A model generated the notes under the pieces. That model was not told where the DNA came from, did no database searches, and saw only the letters and a list, made by a program, of their open reading frames with translations. 24,000 bases of DNA from Escherichia ruysiae. Its GTDB lineage: Bacteria; Pseudomonadota; Gammaproteobacteria; Enterobacterales; Enterobacteriaceae. Of this stretch, positions 21,815-24,000 are shown one piece after another. Within the stretch, counting starts at the first letter, position 1. Each line of letters begins with the position of its first letter. Made by a program: the position numbers and the translations under genes. The stretch lies in assembly GCF_902498915.1 (NCBI RefSeq), contig NZ_CABVLQ010000001.1; one strand, given 5' to 3'.

Positions 21815-23053
21815 ATGGCTGACACTCGCCCTGAACGTCGCTTTACGCGTATTGATCGTCTCCCGCCCTACGTTTTTAACATTACCGCTGAACTGAAAAT
21901 GGCTGCGCGTCGGCGCGGCGAAGATATTATCGATTTCAGTATGGGCAATCCGGACGGCGCGACCCCGCCGCATATCGTCGAAAAACTCTGTACCGTGGCG
22001 CAGCGCCCGGACACACACGGCTATTCCACTTCACGCGGCATTCCGCGCTTACGTCGCGCCATTTCCCGCTGGTATCAGGATCGCTACGATGTCGAGATTG
22101 ATCCGGAATCAGAAGCCATCGTCACCATTGGCTCGAAAGAGGGGCTGGCGCATCTGATGCTGGCGACGCTGGATCACGGCGACACGGTGCTGGTGCCGAA
22201 TCCAAGTTATCCGATTCATATCTACGGCGCTGTGATTGCCGGTGCGCAGGTACGTTCAGTGCCGCTGGTGGAGGGTGTCGATTTCTTCAATGAACTGGAA
22301 CGCGCTATTCGCGAAAGCTATCCGAAACCGAAGATGATGATCCTCGGCTTCCCGTCGAACCCAACAGCGCAATGTGTGGAACTGGAGTTCTTCGAAAAAG
22401 TGGTGGCGCTGGCGAAACGCTACGATGTGCTGGTGGTCCACGACCTGGCCTATGCTGATATCGTCTACGATGGCTGGAAAGCGCCGTCAATCATGCAGGT
22501 GCCGGGCGCACGTGACGTGGCGGTTGAGTTCTTTACCTTGTCGAAAAGTTACAACATGGCAGGCTGGCGTATCGGCTTTATGGTTGGTAACAAAACGCTG
22601 GTCAGTGCGCTGGCGCGTATCAAAAGTTATCACGATTACGGCACCTTTACACCGTTACAGGTGGCTGCAATTGCCGCGCTGGAAGGCGATCAACAGTGCG
22701 TGCGCGATATTGCCGAACAGTATAAGCGCCGCCGCGATGTGCTGGTAAAAGGGCTGCATGAAGCGGGCTGGATGGTCGAAATGCCGAAAGCTTCGATGTA
22801 TGTCTGGGCGAAAATCCCTGAACCGTATGCGGCAATGGGCTCGCTGGAGTTTGCCAAAAAGCTGCTTAACGAAGCGAAGGTCTGTGTCTCGCCGGGGATT
22901 GGCTTTGGTGACTACGGCGACACGCATGTACGCTTTGCGTTGATTGAAAACCGTGACCGTATTCGTCAGGCAGTCAGAGGCATCAAAGCGATGTTCCGAG
23001 CCGATGGTTTACTTCCAGCCAGCAGTAAACATATTCACGAAAACACGGAATAA
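21815..23053 (+). CDS. alaC: Glutamate-pyruvate (alanine) aminotransferase, PLP-dependent class I/II
   Basis: 412 aa. [52 protein letters not shown] (PLP lysine region). Confidence 0.95.
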   Translation: MADTRPERRFTRIDRLPPYVFNITAELKMAARRRGEDIIDFSMGNPDGATPPHIVEKLCTVAQRPDTHGYSTSRGIPRLRRAISRWYQDRYDVEIDPESEAIVTIGSKEGLAHLMLATLDHGDTVLVPNPSYPIHIYGAVIAGAQVRSVPLVEGVDFFNELERAIRESYPKPKMMILGFPSNPTAQCVELEFFEKVVALAKRYDVLVVHDLAYADIVYDGWKAPSIMQVPGARDVAVEFFTLSKSYNMAGWRIGFMVGNKTLVSALARIKSYHDYGTFTPLQVAAIAALEGDQQCVRDIAEQYKRRRDVLVKGLHEAGWMVEMPKASMYVWAKIPEPYAAMGSLEFAKKLLNEAKVCVSPGIGFGDYGDTHVRFALIENRDRIRQAVRGIKAMFRADGLLPASSKHIHENTE

Positions 23054-23073
23054 ACACCTTCGCCAGAAACGCA

Positions 23074-23100
23074 AACAGGAGCCAGATGGCTCCTGTTTTT
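23074..23100. terminator. Terminator of alaC, possibly bidirectional with ypdK
   Basis: aaACAGGAGCCAgaTGGCTCCTGTttttc: perfect 11-bp stem with flanking A/T tracts between convergent alaC and ypdK. Confidence 0.9.
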
Positions 23101-23117
23101 CATTGCACAGTTTGCTT

Positions 23118-23189
23118 TTAGATCATCAGGGCAAAAGTACCGGCCCAAACGATGACCATAAAAGAAATGCCCATAAAGAAATATTTCAC
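23118..23189 (-). CDS. ypdK: Small single-TM membrane protein YpdK (23 aa)
   Basis: The minus strand gives GTG-initiated (M)KYFFMGISFMVIVWAGTFALMI* preceded by GGAGAG (Shine-Dalgarno) 7 nt upstream. It is below the ORF track size threshold. Confidence 0.85.
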   Translation of the reverse strand: MKYFFMGISFMVIVWAGTFALMI

Positions 23190-23474
23190 TTTACATCTCT
23201 CCGCGTAATTACTGTTACGCCTGAATGACTTCATTACATCTGATACAGTGAGTTGACACCGGGAAAACGACCTTAACACGGCTCTGTTTTGCCGTGGGCA
23301 TCACCCCAGAATTCTGAGCTGATTTGCTCGAGACGGCGCTAATGTACGCCTAAAACTAAATTGAAACAAGTGGCATTTTCTTATTTACTTTTAGTAACTT
23401 ACGAGTGTCTCATATCGGCGACAGTTTAATTTCTGTCAGTAATAATTCATGATTCAGCGAAGGGGAAAGCCTTA

Positions 23475-23510
23475 AGAAAAAAGCCATAAAAACCATTGAG
23501 TTATTATGGC
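23475..23510 (-). terminator. Probable intrinsic terminator downstream of lpxP
   Basis: The reverse complement reads GCCATAAtaactcaatggttttTATGGCTTTTTTCTT: stem followed by a T-tract, about 34 nt past the lpxP stop. Confidence 0.75.
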
Positions 23511-23543
23511 TAATTTGAGGAGGAAAGAAGAGCTGGTCGTTTG

Positions 23544-24000
23544 TTAAACGTATAACGACGCTTCACCCACCGGACGCGTTTTGAAGCGGCGGTGGATCCA
23601 GAGATACTGCTCCGGTGCGCGCATAATCTCTTTCTCAATAATCTTGTTCATATAAGCCGCAGCCTGACCTTCATCTGTCGGGTAGCCTTCCATTTCTGGG
23701 GTGATATACAAACGGTATCCACTGTAATCGGCTTTTCGTACCATCGTCACAGTCAACATGGCGGAACCTGAGAGGCGTGACAATACGTAAGTGCCATTGG
23801 TTGTCGCAACATTTTCTACCGCAAAGAACGGAGCGAAGGAGCTTCCTTTACGACCATAATCCTGGTCGGGAGCGAACCATACGGCTTCACCTTTTTTCAA
23901 AGCACCAACAATACCGCGCAGATTATTTCTGCCGATCATCGCTTTATTCGAACGCATCCGACCACGGGTCTGCACCCATTCCATCAATTGATTATTATGC
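23544..24000 (-). CDS. lpxP: Lipid A biosynthesis palmitoleoyl acyltransferase LpxP (C-terminal part; gene continues past the window edge)
   Basis: The frame stays open to 24000 (..HNNQLMEWVQTRGRMRSNKAMIGRNNLRGIVGALKKGEAVWFAPDQDYG..). This is LpxL/LpxM/LpxP-family sequence. The ORF-track start at 23987 is an internal TTG. Position next to ypdK supports LpxP rather than a paralogue. Confidence 0.92.
   Translation of the reverse strand, partial: HNNQLMEWVQTRGRMRSNKAMIGRNNLRGIVGALKKGEAVWFAPDQDYGRKGSSFAPFFAVENVATTNGTYVLSRLSGSAMLTVTMVRKADYSGYRLYITPEMEGYPTDEGQAAAYMNKIIEKEIMRAPEQYLWIHRRFKTRPVGEASLYV

Overview
This window is a conserved, core-type E. coli/Shigella-like chromosomal segment. Relative to the K-12 map it is in reverse orientation. 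Gene order: lysV-valY-valX-valU tRNAs (-), gltX (+), yfeD/yfeC (-), alaX/alaW-type tRNA-Ala pair (+), pdeA/yfeA (+), nupC (-), mntH (+), REP/BIME, ypeC (-), yfeO (-), glk (+), fryB-fryC-ypdF-ypdE-fryA (+), ypdC-ypdB-ypdA (-), alaC (+), ypdK (-, small ORF absent from the ORF track), lpxP (-, cut off by the window edge). Identities are from memory of the protein families and K-12 gene order; no database was searched. I found no phage, CRISPR, transposon or defence system, and no convincing new system. The points most worth a second look are: the intact nupC/pdeA terminator, which matches an IS186-type target and lacks the insertion I recall in K-12; the fry PTS with two peptidases in its gene cluster; a 2-nt convergent junction between fryA and ypdC; a hairpin flanked by perfect 9-bp direct repeats upstream of glk; two hairpins in the alaC leader; and the poorly characterised small proteins YpeC and YpdK.
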